Source: Prasinococcaceae sp. CCMP 1430 (lineage: Eukaryota; Plantae; Prasinodermophyta). Taken from it: DNA of 64,000 nt. The notes under the pieces were generated by a model, which was given only the letters and a program-made list of their open reading frames with translations, was not told the DNA's origin and did no database searches. Position 1 is the first letter of the stretch, and each line of letters begins with the position of its first letter. This document shows positions 33,080-43,136 of this stretch, piece after piece. The position numbers were made by a program, and so were the translations under genes. The stretch is from the NCBI GenBank assembly GCA_013416795.1, contig RQSC01000028.1, forward strand, positions 1,038,219 to 1,102,218, in the 5' to 3' direction.

Positions 33080-34012
33080 CTATCTGACGGCGGTGATGCG
33101 CACGTAGGCCTTGTCGATGGCGTCGACGCTCACGCTGCTGAAGCCAGCGCCTTCGAAGCACGCGAGCAGCTCGTCGACGTCGGAGAAGGGCCGCCCGCTG
33201 GCGTGCTCTCCGCTCACTCCGTCGACGGATGGAGGTCGTCGTCGTGGCGGCGCGGACGCGCCCTCTGCGGGCGCAGGCAGCGCCACGGTCGACGCGGAGA
33301 AGACGCCCCCCTCGCGCAGCACGCGTGCGACCTCGCGCACGCCCGCGGCCGGCTGCGGCCAGCAGTGCATCGCCGCTCCGGCGTGAACAGCACCAAAAGA
33401 TTGGTCCGCGAAGGGCAGGCTCGCCACGTCTGCCCGCACGAGCGATGCACGACCTGCCGCCAGCGAACCTGGCGCACCTGCTTCGAGCGCACCGGCGGCC
33501 TTTTCCACCATGGACGCCGAGAAGTCGCACGCGCACACGTGCGCCCAATCACCGCTGCTCACGAAGCGAGGAGTGAACACACCCGGCCCGCAGCTCAGGT
33601 CGAGCAGCGCTGCGCCGGTGCCCGCGACGGGCGCAAGCTGCGCTTTGGCCAGACCGTACTCACGATCCTCGCCCGGGTAGCCTGCGAAGCCGAAGATGAC
33701 ACGGCGGTACAGCGGGTACAGCCTCGCCCCCCACCGCGTCTTGAACGGGTCCTTCTCTGTGGTGCTCCCGCCCGGCAGCGCGACTGAGGACACGCCGGCG
33801 CTACCACCCGAAGGCACCAAATCGTACGCACCGATGGCGCGCAGCGAGGCGTCGGATCCCAGCGCGGCACCGCATGCGCCACACGGAGCCTGGTCGGCGG
33901 CCGGGCGGGCGAGCAGTGCCCCACAGGCCGGGCACTGCAGCGCGGGCGCCGCCGCCGCCCCCGCAGCGACGGTGCCGCTCCATGGCGGTAGCAGGCCGCC
34001 AGGCCGCCGCAC
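33080..34012 (-). CDS. Class I SAM methyltransferase (type 11) with an N-terminal CxxC...CxxC zinc ribbon, like the plastoglobule At2g41040 family
   Basis: LQCPACG...CGAC, LYRRVIF..G.PG, LLDLSCGPG, VRADVASLPF, VHAGAAMHCWP, EVARVLREGG. No in-frame ATG was found. Confidence 0.85.
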   Translation of the reverse strand: MRRPGGLLPPWSGTVAAGAAAAPALQCPACGALLARPAADQAPCGACGAALGSDASLRAIGAYDLVPSGGSAGVSSVALPGGSTTEKDPFKTRWGARLYPLYRRVIFGFAGYPGEDREYGLAKAQLAPVAGTGAALLDLSCGPGVFTPRFVSSGDWAHVCACDFSASMVEKAAGALEAGAPGSLAAGRASLVRADVASLPFADQSFGAVHAGAAMHCWPQPAAGVREVARVLREGGVFSASTVALPAPAEGASAPPRRRPPSVDGVSGEHASGRPFSDVDELLACFEGAGFSSVSVDAIDKAYVRITAVR

Positions 34013-34100
34013 CGCGCCACCGCCGCCGCGCCGCCCAGTGGCAGCGGCGTCGCGGCGCTCCGGCAGTACAGGATTCTATCCGAACGCGCACGCTCGGAAG

Positions 34101-34110
34101 GTTAGGGTTA
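34101..34110 (-). promoter_or_regulatory. Telo-box-like motif (TAACCCTAAC) in a divergent promoter
   Basis: GTTAGGGTTA on the + strand between the methyltransferase and monooxygenase starts. Function is inferred only. Confidence 0.3.
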
Positions 34111-34436
34111 CATCTCCTTTGACGTAGATGGTGATCGACCATCTGATGGTGCGATCTGATGGTCCATCGTCCATCGTTGATCTGTGGTGCCTCGCTCGCT
34201 CGACAATGCCAATCATTGCGGTAAACCCTGATGAAATGCATGCCGCCGGGGCATCTTCTGCGGGCGCCGCTCGGGGAACGGTGGTCAGCGCACCCCGCCG
34301 CGCCGCGGAGGGGCGGAAGAGGGAAGCCGCGAGCGCACGGTCGCACGAGCGGCGGCCCGGGGGGCGGGGCACCCACCGGAGCGCCGGGGGGACACGCGCC
34401 AGACCTACCCGTCCTGACGCCGCCCTGGGCCACCAA

Positions 34437-36413
34437 ATGGCGCCCGCGCGGACTGCGGCGATTGCAGCAGCCGCTGCGCTCGCGCTCGGCGTGCGGGGCG
34501 GAGCTGCCCACCCTTCGAATGTGCGTGCGCCCGCGCGCGCATGGGGCCGGCAGCGGCGGTGGTGTGAGCGTGGGGGAGGGCGAGGGTCGATGCGAGGGAC
34601 TGACAAGCGAACGCCCTGCCCGCGCGTTGCCCACCGCCGCTCGCGCGCGCAACAGCGCTTCCGCGTGCCCAATGGCGAGCGCGTGCCGTGCCCCCCCGGC
34701 GGCAGGGGGTGCAGCCCGGGCTCCCACGAAACGCCATCTCTCAACGGCCCCATGCCCGAGAGCGTGTGCAAGGGACTCGGCCACGACACGTGCGCGGGCG
34801 GCAACTTCCCGCTGAACCCCTTCGGCATCGACTTCTCCGCACAGGGCTACAAGTGGACCAAGGAGCTTTGCGAGACTGACAGCGACGGCGACGGCCTCAC
34901 GAACGGTGAAGAGCTGGGCGACCCGTGCTGCGTGTGGTCTTTTGAGGACCTGCCGCTGCCTGGCTTCGCTGAGCACGAGCCCAGCCACCCGGGCAACAAG
35001 GACTCCGTGTCGGCGAACGCAGTTCGCATTCGCGATGCCAACTGCGCCGCCGCCACGGACGCCGGCTCGGGCGCCTCGGCACCCCTCAATTTTTTCTTGC
35101 CCGGAGAGACGCAGCATTCGACCGAGGCCCACATCAATGGCTATGTCGTGCCTACCGAGCGCACGACGTACGTGGACTTTGCGCTCGCCTTTGACGCGCC
35201 GGAGTGTGAGGAGACCACTTGCTACCTGGTAGGAATCGAGGCGCTCGTCGACCGGGTCGACCTCGTCCACCACTACATCCTCGACGGCTGTCCTAGCAGG
35301 TGGGATGAAGGCGAGCTGGGCGAGGTTGTCGAAGAAAACCAACTCACCTGCGACTGGTGGGTCGGCGGCTGGGCCCCCGGCCGCGAGCCCATGATGAGGG
35401 CCCCCGCTGATGCCGCTTTGGCATTCGGCGCCGGCGCGACGCCGCTGAAAGGCTTCCGGTTCCAGCTGCACTACGACAATCCGTACGGCGTCCGCGGCGC
35501 AGTCGACACGTCGGGCATCCGCCTGCACTATACGACCACACCGCGCGCGCACGCGCTCGAGTCGTTCAATGTCTTCGAACTCTCCTTCGCGCCCTATGTC
35601 GAGGTGCCCGAGAAGAGAACACGTCACTTCGTCGCGCAGGTGTGCCAAGTACGCGGACTGAGCGACCCCATTAAGGTGGTCGAGGTGAGCTTCCACGCGC
35701 ACCTGCTGGGCCGCGAGATGTACTTGGAGCTCTACCGCAACGGCACGCGCAGCGACGTGCTGAGCGAGAACTCGTGGCATTTCGACGATCAGTACGTGTT
35801 CAACATGGAGGCGCGTGACCTCGAACTGTACAATGGCGATGTTCTGGTGTCGGCGTGCGTGTACAACTCGATGGAGCGCCATAGTCCCACCTTGATGTCG
35901 ATCGAGACCACCGATGAGATGTGCTGGTCGACCATGAACTACTACCCAGCGCAGAGCAGCCTCAAGTGCCATTCGAACATGTTCCAAGGCGACTTCGAAG
36001 AGGGCGAGCCCGCGGCTGAGGTGCTCGAGCGCCACACGCCTGCCTTCATAAGCTCGCTCGACGAGGGCAGTTGGATGGGTCAGGCCTCCGAGGCGCCTTC
36101 CCAGCCTGCGCGACCCGCGTGGTCAAGCATTGTCAAGGAGACGGAGGCCATCGTTGAGGGCAGCGATGCTGATGGCATTGAAGACAGCGAGGAGCTCACC
36201 GCCGACCTGGGCAAAGTGAAGAAGAGCAAGAAGAAGAGCAAGTCGAAAGAGTCGAAGAAGAAGAAGAAGACGAGCAAGAAGGGCAAGAAGAAGCTCTCTG
36301 CCAAGAAGGTGAAGAAGCTCTGCGGTGGCGCCTCAAGCAAGCGAAAGTGCAAGAAAGGTGACGCCAAGAAGAATTGCAAGTTTTCCAAGAAGAAGGGCTG
36401 CGTCCCGAAGTGA
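34437..36413 (+). CDS. Secreted copper type II ascorbate-dependent monooxygenase (DBH/MOXD-like) with an N-terminal temptin-like domain and a polybasic tail
   Basis: Signal peptide and in-frame intron 34521-34655. Temptin motif LNPFGIDF...WTKELCETDSDGDGLTNGEELGDPCCVW...SHPG. Copper ligand motifs VHHY, QLHY, FHAHLLG and TDEMC. Confidence 0.88.
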   Translation: MAPARTAAIAAAAALALGVRGGAAHPSNVRAPARAWGRQRRWCERGGGRGSMRGTDKRTPCPRVAHRRSRAQQRFRVPNGERVPCPPGGRGCSPGSHETPSLNGPMPESVCKGLGHDTCAGGNFPLNPFGIDFSAQGYKWTKELCETDSDGDGLTNGEELGDPCCVWSFEDLPLPGFAEHEPSHPGNKDSVSANAVRIRDANCAAATDAGSGASAPLNFFLPGETQHSTEAHINGYVVPTERTTYVDFALAFDAPECEETTCYLVGIEALVDRVDLVHHYILDGCPSRWDEGELGEVVEENQLTCDWWVGGWAPGREPMMRAPADAALAFGAGATPLKGFRFQLHYDNPYGVRGAVDTSGIRLHYTTTPRAHALESFNVFELSFAPYVEVPEKRTRHFVAQVCQVRGLSDPIKVVEVSFHAHLLGREMYLELYRNGTRSDVLSENSWHFDDQYVFNMEARDLELYNGDVLVSACVYNSMERHSPTLMSIETTDEMCWSTMNYYPAQSSLKCHSNMFQGDFEEGEPAAEVLERHTPAFISSLDEGSWMGQASEAPSQPARPAWSSIVKETEAIVEGSDADGIEDSEELTADLGKVKKSKKKSKSKESKKKKKTSKKGKKKLSAKKVKKLCGGASSKRKCKKGDAKKNCKFSKKKGCVPK

Positions 36414-36596
36414 GCTTGTCCGAGTTCGCCGCGCCAGAAGCGCGCGCGCGACCGCGCGAGGAGAGAGGGTGGGGGGGCGCCCAGCGTCGGCTCTGCGTGC
36501 GATGACACGCGCTCGCGGAGCAGTTCATTCTGTACAATCTAATTAATAGCTACTTCAGTGACTAGCCCCACCGACGCCATGGCATTGCACGTCAGT

Positions 36597-39107
36597 CTAT
36601 GCGTACGCGAGCTCGGCGTTGCCACTCGTGTCCAGCGTCTGCAATGACGTGAGCCCTTCGAGCGACTCGTACTTCAACTGCCCGCTGAGCTTGTTGCGGC
36701 TGAGGTCCAGGCGCGCCAGCTTGCGTAGCTCGCGTACTGCCGCGTTGGGGAACGCACCGGAGAGCTAGTTGCGCGAAAGGTTGAGGGCTGTAAGCCGCGT
36801 GAGCGATCCGAGGCTCTCGGGTACGCTGCCAGTGAGTGCGTTGTCCGACAGGTCGAGCACGCGCAGCGCGCTGAGCGTGCCCAGGGCCGGCGCGAGCGGC
36901 CCTGTCAATGCATTGGACGAAAGATCGAGCACGCGCAGCGAGGACAATCGGGCGAGCCCGTGCGCGCGACCTTGACCGCCGCCGGCACGTGCATCGCCAT
37001 CCGCCGAGCCGCTCGATTGCCCGCTAACCGCCGCGCCTCCTCTCGTGCCTTCCATGAGGTGTGCTGGAAGGCCCATTGCTTGCGCCAGCCTCTGCCTCTC
37101 ATCGCTCTCCCTACTGGCCCCTGGTTCGGGAGTCGCCGCCGGGGACGACGCTGGTGCGTCGGGCAGAGCAGCCGAGGCAGCCGACGCGGCCGTCGAGGGC
37201 GCGCCAATCATCGGGCCAGCGAAGGAGTTGGCGCTAGCGTTGAGCAGCCGAAGGTTGACAGCATCCAATAGCACAGCTGGAAGCGTGCCCTCGAGCTGGT
37301 TCGACGACACGTCCAGGTGTCGTAGCTCGCTCGCAGCGCAGATCGGCACTGGCAGAGTGCCGGTCAGGCGATTGGCTGCCGCTGCAAATACGCGTAAGGG
37401 CGTGCTCAAGCTCGGCACGTCGGCGGGGAGCGAACCTGTGAGCCTATTTGCGCTCACGTCGAGCACACGCATGGCTTGCCCGTCGACAATCTCAGGGGGT
37501 AGCGTGCCATCGAGCCCATTATGCGCCAGGTCCAGCAGCGCAAGATTGCTGAGCGCGCCCAGGCGGGGCGGGATCGCGCCCGCTAGGCGATTATGCGCCA
37601 GGCTGAGAGCCTCGACGGCTGGCCACCGTGAGGCGCAGTCAGCGGGCACGAGTTCGTCGAGGCTGTCACCGATGGCGTTGTGGCTCACGTTCAGCAGTGT
37701 GAGCTGCGTGACCTCTCCCGAGCCGCCAGCCGCAGGGTGGAGCGCCGCCGCTACTCGCACCAGCCTGTTGTCGCTGAGGTCAATTTCGCGCAGGGCGGGC
37801 GATGCGAGTACGCCCACAGGGACCTCGCCTCCCAGCGCGTTGCGTTGCATGCGAAGGCGAGAAAGCCGCCCGAGCTCGCCCATCTCGGCAGGCAAGGCGC
37901 CCCGCAACATATTCCCTGACAGATCTAAGCGCTTGAGATGCCGCAGTCTTCCGATGGCCGGCGGCACGGTGCCGTCGAGCCCCGCCGAGGGCAGCTCGAG
38001 TGACACCACGCCGGCAGGCATTCCCTCGAGCGGTGCCGCAAGCTCGTCGCTTGGCTCCGCGCGTTGGCAGCGCACACCAGCCCACGCGCAGTAGTCCCCC
38101 CTGTCGAGCTGCGTCTCGTCCCAGCGCAGCGAGGACGCCCACCGCGGCCCGTTGGTTGCTCTGTACAGGTCGCGCAGCGCGGCACGCTCCACGCGCCTGA
38201 TCTTGACGAGCGTGGTGCCCTCGCCGAAGCTCTCTGCCAGCGGGACGATTTCATCCTCTGCGTGTGTGCCCACTCCACTCTCAGCGGCCTGCGCTCTCGC
38301 GTCGCCATCACCACCGTCACCCTCGATGAGCGCTCGCACGGGCAGGCCGGGTATGCCGTGCGCGCCAGAGCGGAAGTAGCTGGAGGATTCAGAGCGCGAT
38401 GTCGCCACGCGCTCCTCCGCCTGTGCCATGTCCTCCACGTCAGCGAGGACCATGTCTTTCGCGGCAACAGTCGCTGCTGCGGATGCTGCGGCGTACGCGT
38501 CGAATAAATCGTCGGTGACGGCGTTCCCGCCGCGCCCGCCCGCGCCGCCTCCGAGCACGCGCACGACGTCCAGCGCAGCGCCCGCGCCTCCTCCTGCACC
38601 CAGCGACGCTCGCACAGCCTCTGCCTGGCACTGCTCGTGCAGCATGGTCTTCAGAAGCTCCAGCGTGCGCTCTCGCCCACCCGCGCGACTGCGCAGCGCA
38701 CGCTCGTCGTCGGCGAGCTCGCATGCGTCGGGAGCGACGAGCGACGGCTGCGCCCCACCCTGCGCCTCGGCGCACGCTCGGCGCAGCACGGCGCGCAGCG
38801 CCTCGACCAGCTCGGCATCGGTGTCGCGTCGGTCGAATACACGCGCGTATCCCTTGCACGGCGAGCGCAGCGTCGCCACGAGCGCTGATGAGAGCCGCAG
38901 GCGGCCGTCCCCCTCGATCACCGCGCCACTGCGCTCCGGCTCCGGCGCTCCCGGCCACTCAAGCGCGGTCGCCCCCGCTGCTGCAAGCGCGACCGCAACT
39001 GCGGCCGCGAGTGCAAGCACGACTGCGACCGCAACTGCCGACCCCCCCCCAGGCGGCAGCAGCCGCGGCCGCAGCTGTGGCCGCGCGCGACCCTCAGCGC
39101 GTCGCAT
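36597..39107 (-). CDS. Plant-type LRR protein (N-terminal hydrophobic anchor, no kinase) with an in-frame TAG at 36765-36767
   Basis: Cap ALRDLYRATNGPRW...YCAWAGVRC and many LxxLDLSxNxLxGxxP repeats, with an ~90-aa island. LRRs continue for 55 codons past the TAG to a second TAG at 36597. Confidence 0.85.
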
Positions 39108-39503
39108 TGCCACGGCCGGCCGGCCGTGGCAGGGCGCACGGAGCGCGCGGCGCGCGCCGTGTGGTTGGCAGCACGGTGTCGAGTGGCATGGCGCAGTTGA
39201 CTGCGTGCACCCACCGAACTGCGCGGGATTTGGCACGGCGTGCCGAAGTGTCACACCGCAACGACGCGTGTGCGCACGCGTTCGCGCGCGGCGCTGCCGC
39301 TTGCCGCGCACGAGCGTGCGACAGGGCGCGCTGGCGTGGGGTCGACGCAAGGGGCGTGGCACTGCGGCTGCACGCGGGGCAGCAGGCGGTTGCAGGGCTG
39401 GGCGGGCCCTGCGGTTGGTAGCGGTGCCACTTGGGCCGCCCGCGCACGGTTTGACGCGAGAGGCGAGGTGGGTCAGGACGCTGCGGCGCCTGCAGCAGAT
39501 GCC

Positions 39504-40133
39504 ATGGGCGACAACATGCGCGACCCAATCACGGGCGCACACAAGGTGTACACCAAGAGCGACTGTGTCAACCCTTTCCGCACACAGCAGCATGTGGAGG
39601 AGTGCGCTGCCGAGCGAGCAGGCGCCAAGGGCCGCGCGCTCGCAGAGGACGCCGCTGCGCGGGAGCAGGCGGCAGCGCTCATAACGTCGATCGCGCTGCC
39701 CGCCATCCCCTGGCGCGCGGCGGCCGCCAATGAGGCACGAAAGAAAGGTTCGGAGGCGTTCAAGCGCGGCGAGTACAACGCAGCTGTCGCATACTTTGAT
39801 GAGGCAATCAGTGCCGACATGAGCGCGCGCTCCGACGCCGCGCTCTGGTGCAACCGCTCTGCTGCCAAGCTCGCAGCGGGGAACGCGACGGGCGCCGTGC
39901 ACGACGCGAGGCACGCGACTACTCTCGCGCCGAAGGAGGTCAAGCCGCTATGGAGGCTAGCAAAGGCACTCGAGGGGGCCGAGGATCGCGCGGCTTCCCG
40001 TGCCACGCTGCGAGATGCGCTTATGCTCGACCCCAACAATGCGCAGCTGCTCGCTGCGTGGAAGGCCTCGGGCAAGCAGCAGACCGCTTCGCCTGCCCAT
40101 TTGACATCCGATGGTATGGAAAAAACGCAATGA
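39504..40133 (+). CDS. TPR-domain protein
   Basis: KGSEAFKRGEYNAAVAYFDEAI; LWCNRSAAKLAAG; ALMLDPNN. The start may lie further upstream. Confidence 0.8.
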   Translation: MGDNMRDPITGAHKVYTKSDCVNPFRTQQHVEECAAERAGAKGRALAEDAAAREQAAALITSIALPAIPWRAAAANEARKKGSEAFKRGEYNAAVAYFDEAISADMSARSDAALWCNRSAAKLAAGNATGAVHDARHATTLAPKEVKPLWRLAKALEGAEDRAASRATLRDALMLDPNNAQLLAAWKASGKQQTASPAHLTSDGMEKTQ

Positions 40134-40279
40134 CCCATTCTTATGCCGACCGCGTGGGCACCGGCGCGAACGGGGAGGGGTTGTCGTCAACGACTGACAG
40201 CAAGGTCGACCGCTTCATCTCGCCCGTATGCAGAAGTTGTACCGTGCGGGTGCTAGACGCACACGCCACACCCCAATGC

Positions 40280-42791
40280 TCACGCCACGACTGAGCGAGG
40301 CGAGAGCGCCAGGGGCTGTTTGCGCGCGTTCTCCATTGCGCGCTGCCGTGCCAGCTGCTCAATGGAGCTCAACACGAAGATGGCCACCAGCGCCACGGAA
40401 GCCGCAGCGAAAGGGGTCGGCGCGAGTGTCTCAATGATCGCCGACGTTCCTATTGAGTAAAGCAAGGCGTCGGGGAGGAGCGCCGCAAGCGGAACGACGC
40501 GCTCACACGAGTCAGTTCGGCCAGACACCCACCGCATCCACCGCGCCTTCCACAGCAGTCATTTCGCGTGCGCTGACTGGTCGAACAGGCGACCCAAGCG
40601 CAGCGCCTACGACCAGTCGCACCAGCAGGACTCGCGGGCGACGGGCTTCCGCTCTGGGTGTGCGCAAAACGTACCTTCATCCGCCCACCGCTGCCAAAAC
40701 CAGCGAGTGTCTATCACTGGATCTTTGAGCTTTGCGATGTACGAATTCAGCTGAGTCTCAAGCATCGCACCCCACTCCTTGGGTTGCGGGACACCGAGAG
40801 TGTCAACAAGTGGGGCCAGGGGGGTCTGAAGTGAAGCAAACGCCACCTTCCAGTACTCCACGAAGAGGTGGCGAGTATGCGGGAGGAAGAGATACAGGAA
40901 CAGAAAGAGCTGGCCGTGCACTTTGATGAGGGCTTTGCCGATCAATGTGGCACCGAAGAACGTCCAGAAGTCCATGAGAAATGCGCCGCACGCCATACCT
41001 GCCATATCAAACGCAGCGTTCGGCCACGAGGCTAGCAGTAGAACGCCCACGAAGCCATGATTTTTGAGCAGGTACACCGTCGCTCGCTTCACCGTTGCCC
41101 AGCAGCGCCCGAAGAATCCCTGGTTTCCGGGGGAGTCCTGTGCGACACTCAGAAGCTCGTCCATATCCTACAGACCCGTTGCATTGAGCGGCGCGTCAGC
41201 AGTGTGTCGGAGCATAGCGCACGCAACTGGGACGCACACACGAGCACTCGCGCATCGTCACACGCACCTCGTTGTGCTCTCCGGCGAGGGCTGCCGAGTA
41301 GCACAGCGCGTACGGTGGGATCTCTCCCAGAGCGGTTCCGGCCCCCCACAGGATGCACGCCGCCACAACCTTTCGATAGAGCTCCCAGTACGGCACCTCC
41401 CCGCCCCACACCTTGGTCGTTGGCGACAGGCACTGCATGACTGCACCTTCGGACGAAGCCCACATGTTCGCGCGTGCATCGAAGTCCATGTGGCCACACC
41501 GCTCTGCAGCCAGGCTCACGCGCAGCACGTGCGGCCAGAGGAACAGCAGTCCCGAGTGCATGCCACTGCCCAGCCCCACCGAGCTTAACACGCCCAATCC
41601 GACCCACCAAAGTACAAAGACGACCCACTGCTGCAAGTCTGCAGCAAGCTCCTCCTCGCCAGCAGCTCGCAGCGCGGCATGTGAGGCGAAGGCGATCACA
41701 ACCATCGCCACAAGCAGCGGATGCATCGCATAGCGGCAGACTATGCTCATGAACGCCTCGCCCACCGACGCGCCAGCAAGCAAGAGCGTGCGGATCGGAT
41801 GTGAAAGCAACCCCACAGGTGGCTCCCCAGCTAGGTTCGCGGCCTTCTCCTTCAGACGCCGCGCCTTGGGTGACGACAGAATCGCATCCTGAGTTGGGAT
41901 CGGGCTCGCATAAAGGCGCCGCAGTGGCCCGGGCGATCGCAAAGGTGATTCGCTCCTGGGAGAGCCCTCGATCTTCAGAGGCGGCAGCTTGGTGCTGGCG
42001 TGTTTGGGCGTCCTGTTAGTCAGCAGCGCGCGACCCTGCACCTGCGCCTGCGTGCCCTGCTTGCCGTCCTCGGCATGCGACGTGGCGCTGCTGTTGGGCG
42101 GGAGCGCAATGTCCCACGCCATCGTCGGCTTAGCCTTGGAGCTCGGGCGCGTGGCCGGTGCCGGTGACCCGTCGGGAGTGGCAATATTCAAACCCTTTGC
42201 TGCGCTCTTGGACTGTGGGCGTGGCGCTTGCACTGGCGACGCGTCAGGCGTGGCGATGTCCAAACCCGTGGTCTTGACCTTCACGGACTTGGTCGAGGCC
42301 CTCGCATCGGCCTTCGCAGCCCGGGGCTCGGCCGCCGCGCGCCCACGCGGTGCGAGCGCGCGCGAGCGCCCGCGTGGTTTTGACACCGCCTCGCGGTCGA
42401 CCTTGGGATTCGTGGACCTTCTCGTGGCCCTGACCGCCGTTGTGGGCTTGTCATCCGCCTTGGCATTCTTGGCTGGCGCGCGTCTGCCGCTTGCGCGACG
42501 CTTTCGCGGCGCGATCTCCTCCACCTCCGGCCCTGAGTCCGCCTCGGAGTGCGGCGCGACCTCAGCCTCCTCTTCCTTCGCGGGCTCTGCGCTTGCTTTT
42601 TTGCGGCGCGTGCCACTGCGGCCGGAGGCCCTGCGTGGCGGCGGTTTGGCGGCCTCCGCCACGGGGGCTGGCTCACCCGCGGTTGCGGCGGCCGCGCGCC
42701 CCCTGCGCCTTGGCGAGCCCGCGCCCGCGTCCGCCGCCCCCGCTGCCGCCGCCGCCGCCCCCGCTGCCGCCGCCGCCGCTCGCAGCACCAC
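40280..42791 (-). CDS. VMP1: Vacuole membrane protein 1 (VMP1/KMS1) with a long disordered N-terminal extension
   Basis: WWVGLGVLSSVGLGSGMHSGLLFLWPH, WGAGTALGEIPPY, LASWPNAAFDMAGMACG.F...FW.FFGAT.IGKA. Introns 41168-41267 and 40450-40674. The start is unresolved. Confidence 0.9.
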
Positions 42792-43031
42792 GCGTCGGCA
42801 GCCTGCGCGGCATAGCGCGTCCCTTCCCTCCCTAGAACCCTCCCACTGCTGTTATGGGCGGGGGGGAAGGGGGGGGGCGATGACGCCCTGCGTGGTGCGC
42901 GATGTGGCGCCGATCGCGCGCGCGTGCGCGCGCTCCTCCCGAATTCGGAAGCATATACCGTACAAGTGCTTCTGCTCCAAGCCTCCAACGGTCAATCAAT
43001 CGAACGTGCGAGTCCAGCATGAAATATCTTG

Positions 43032-43039
43032 AAACCCTA
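43032..43039 (+). promoter_or_regulatory. Telo-box AAACCCTA upstream of VMP1
   Basis: Exact motif match. Function is inferred only. Confidence 0.3.
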
Positions 43040-43136
43040 GCGTCGGGAAACCTCAAACACCACACAAAAAAGGGTCGAGACGCACGAAAACCGCAAAAAT
43101 GAAGCTCCTTATTTACATGTAGGACTACAGTGCGCA

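Noticed and set aside
33801-36035. 744-aa minus-strand ORF; similarly 14493-15842, 1994-4225 and many Ala/Arg/Pro-rich ORFs
   Set aside because: These are antisense or alternative-frame shadows of real genes. High GC suppresses stop codons, and no family motifs are present.
36765-36767. Selenocysteine insertion or genome-wide TAG reassignment as the explanation for the LRR stop
   Set aside because: Sec uses TGA, and TAG clearly terminates other genes here (CCT8, rpl34, SDR).
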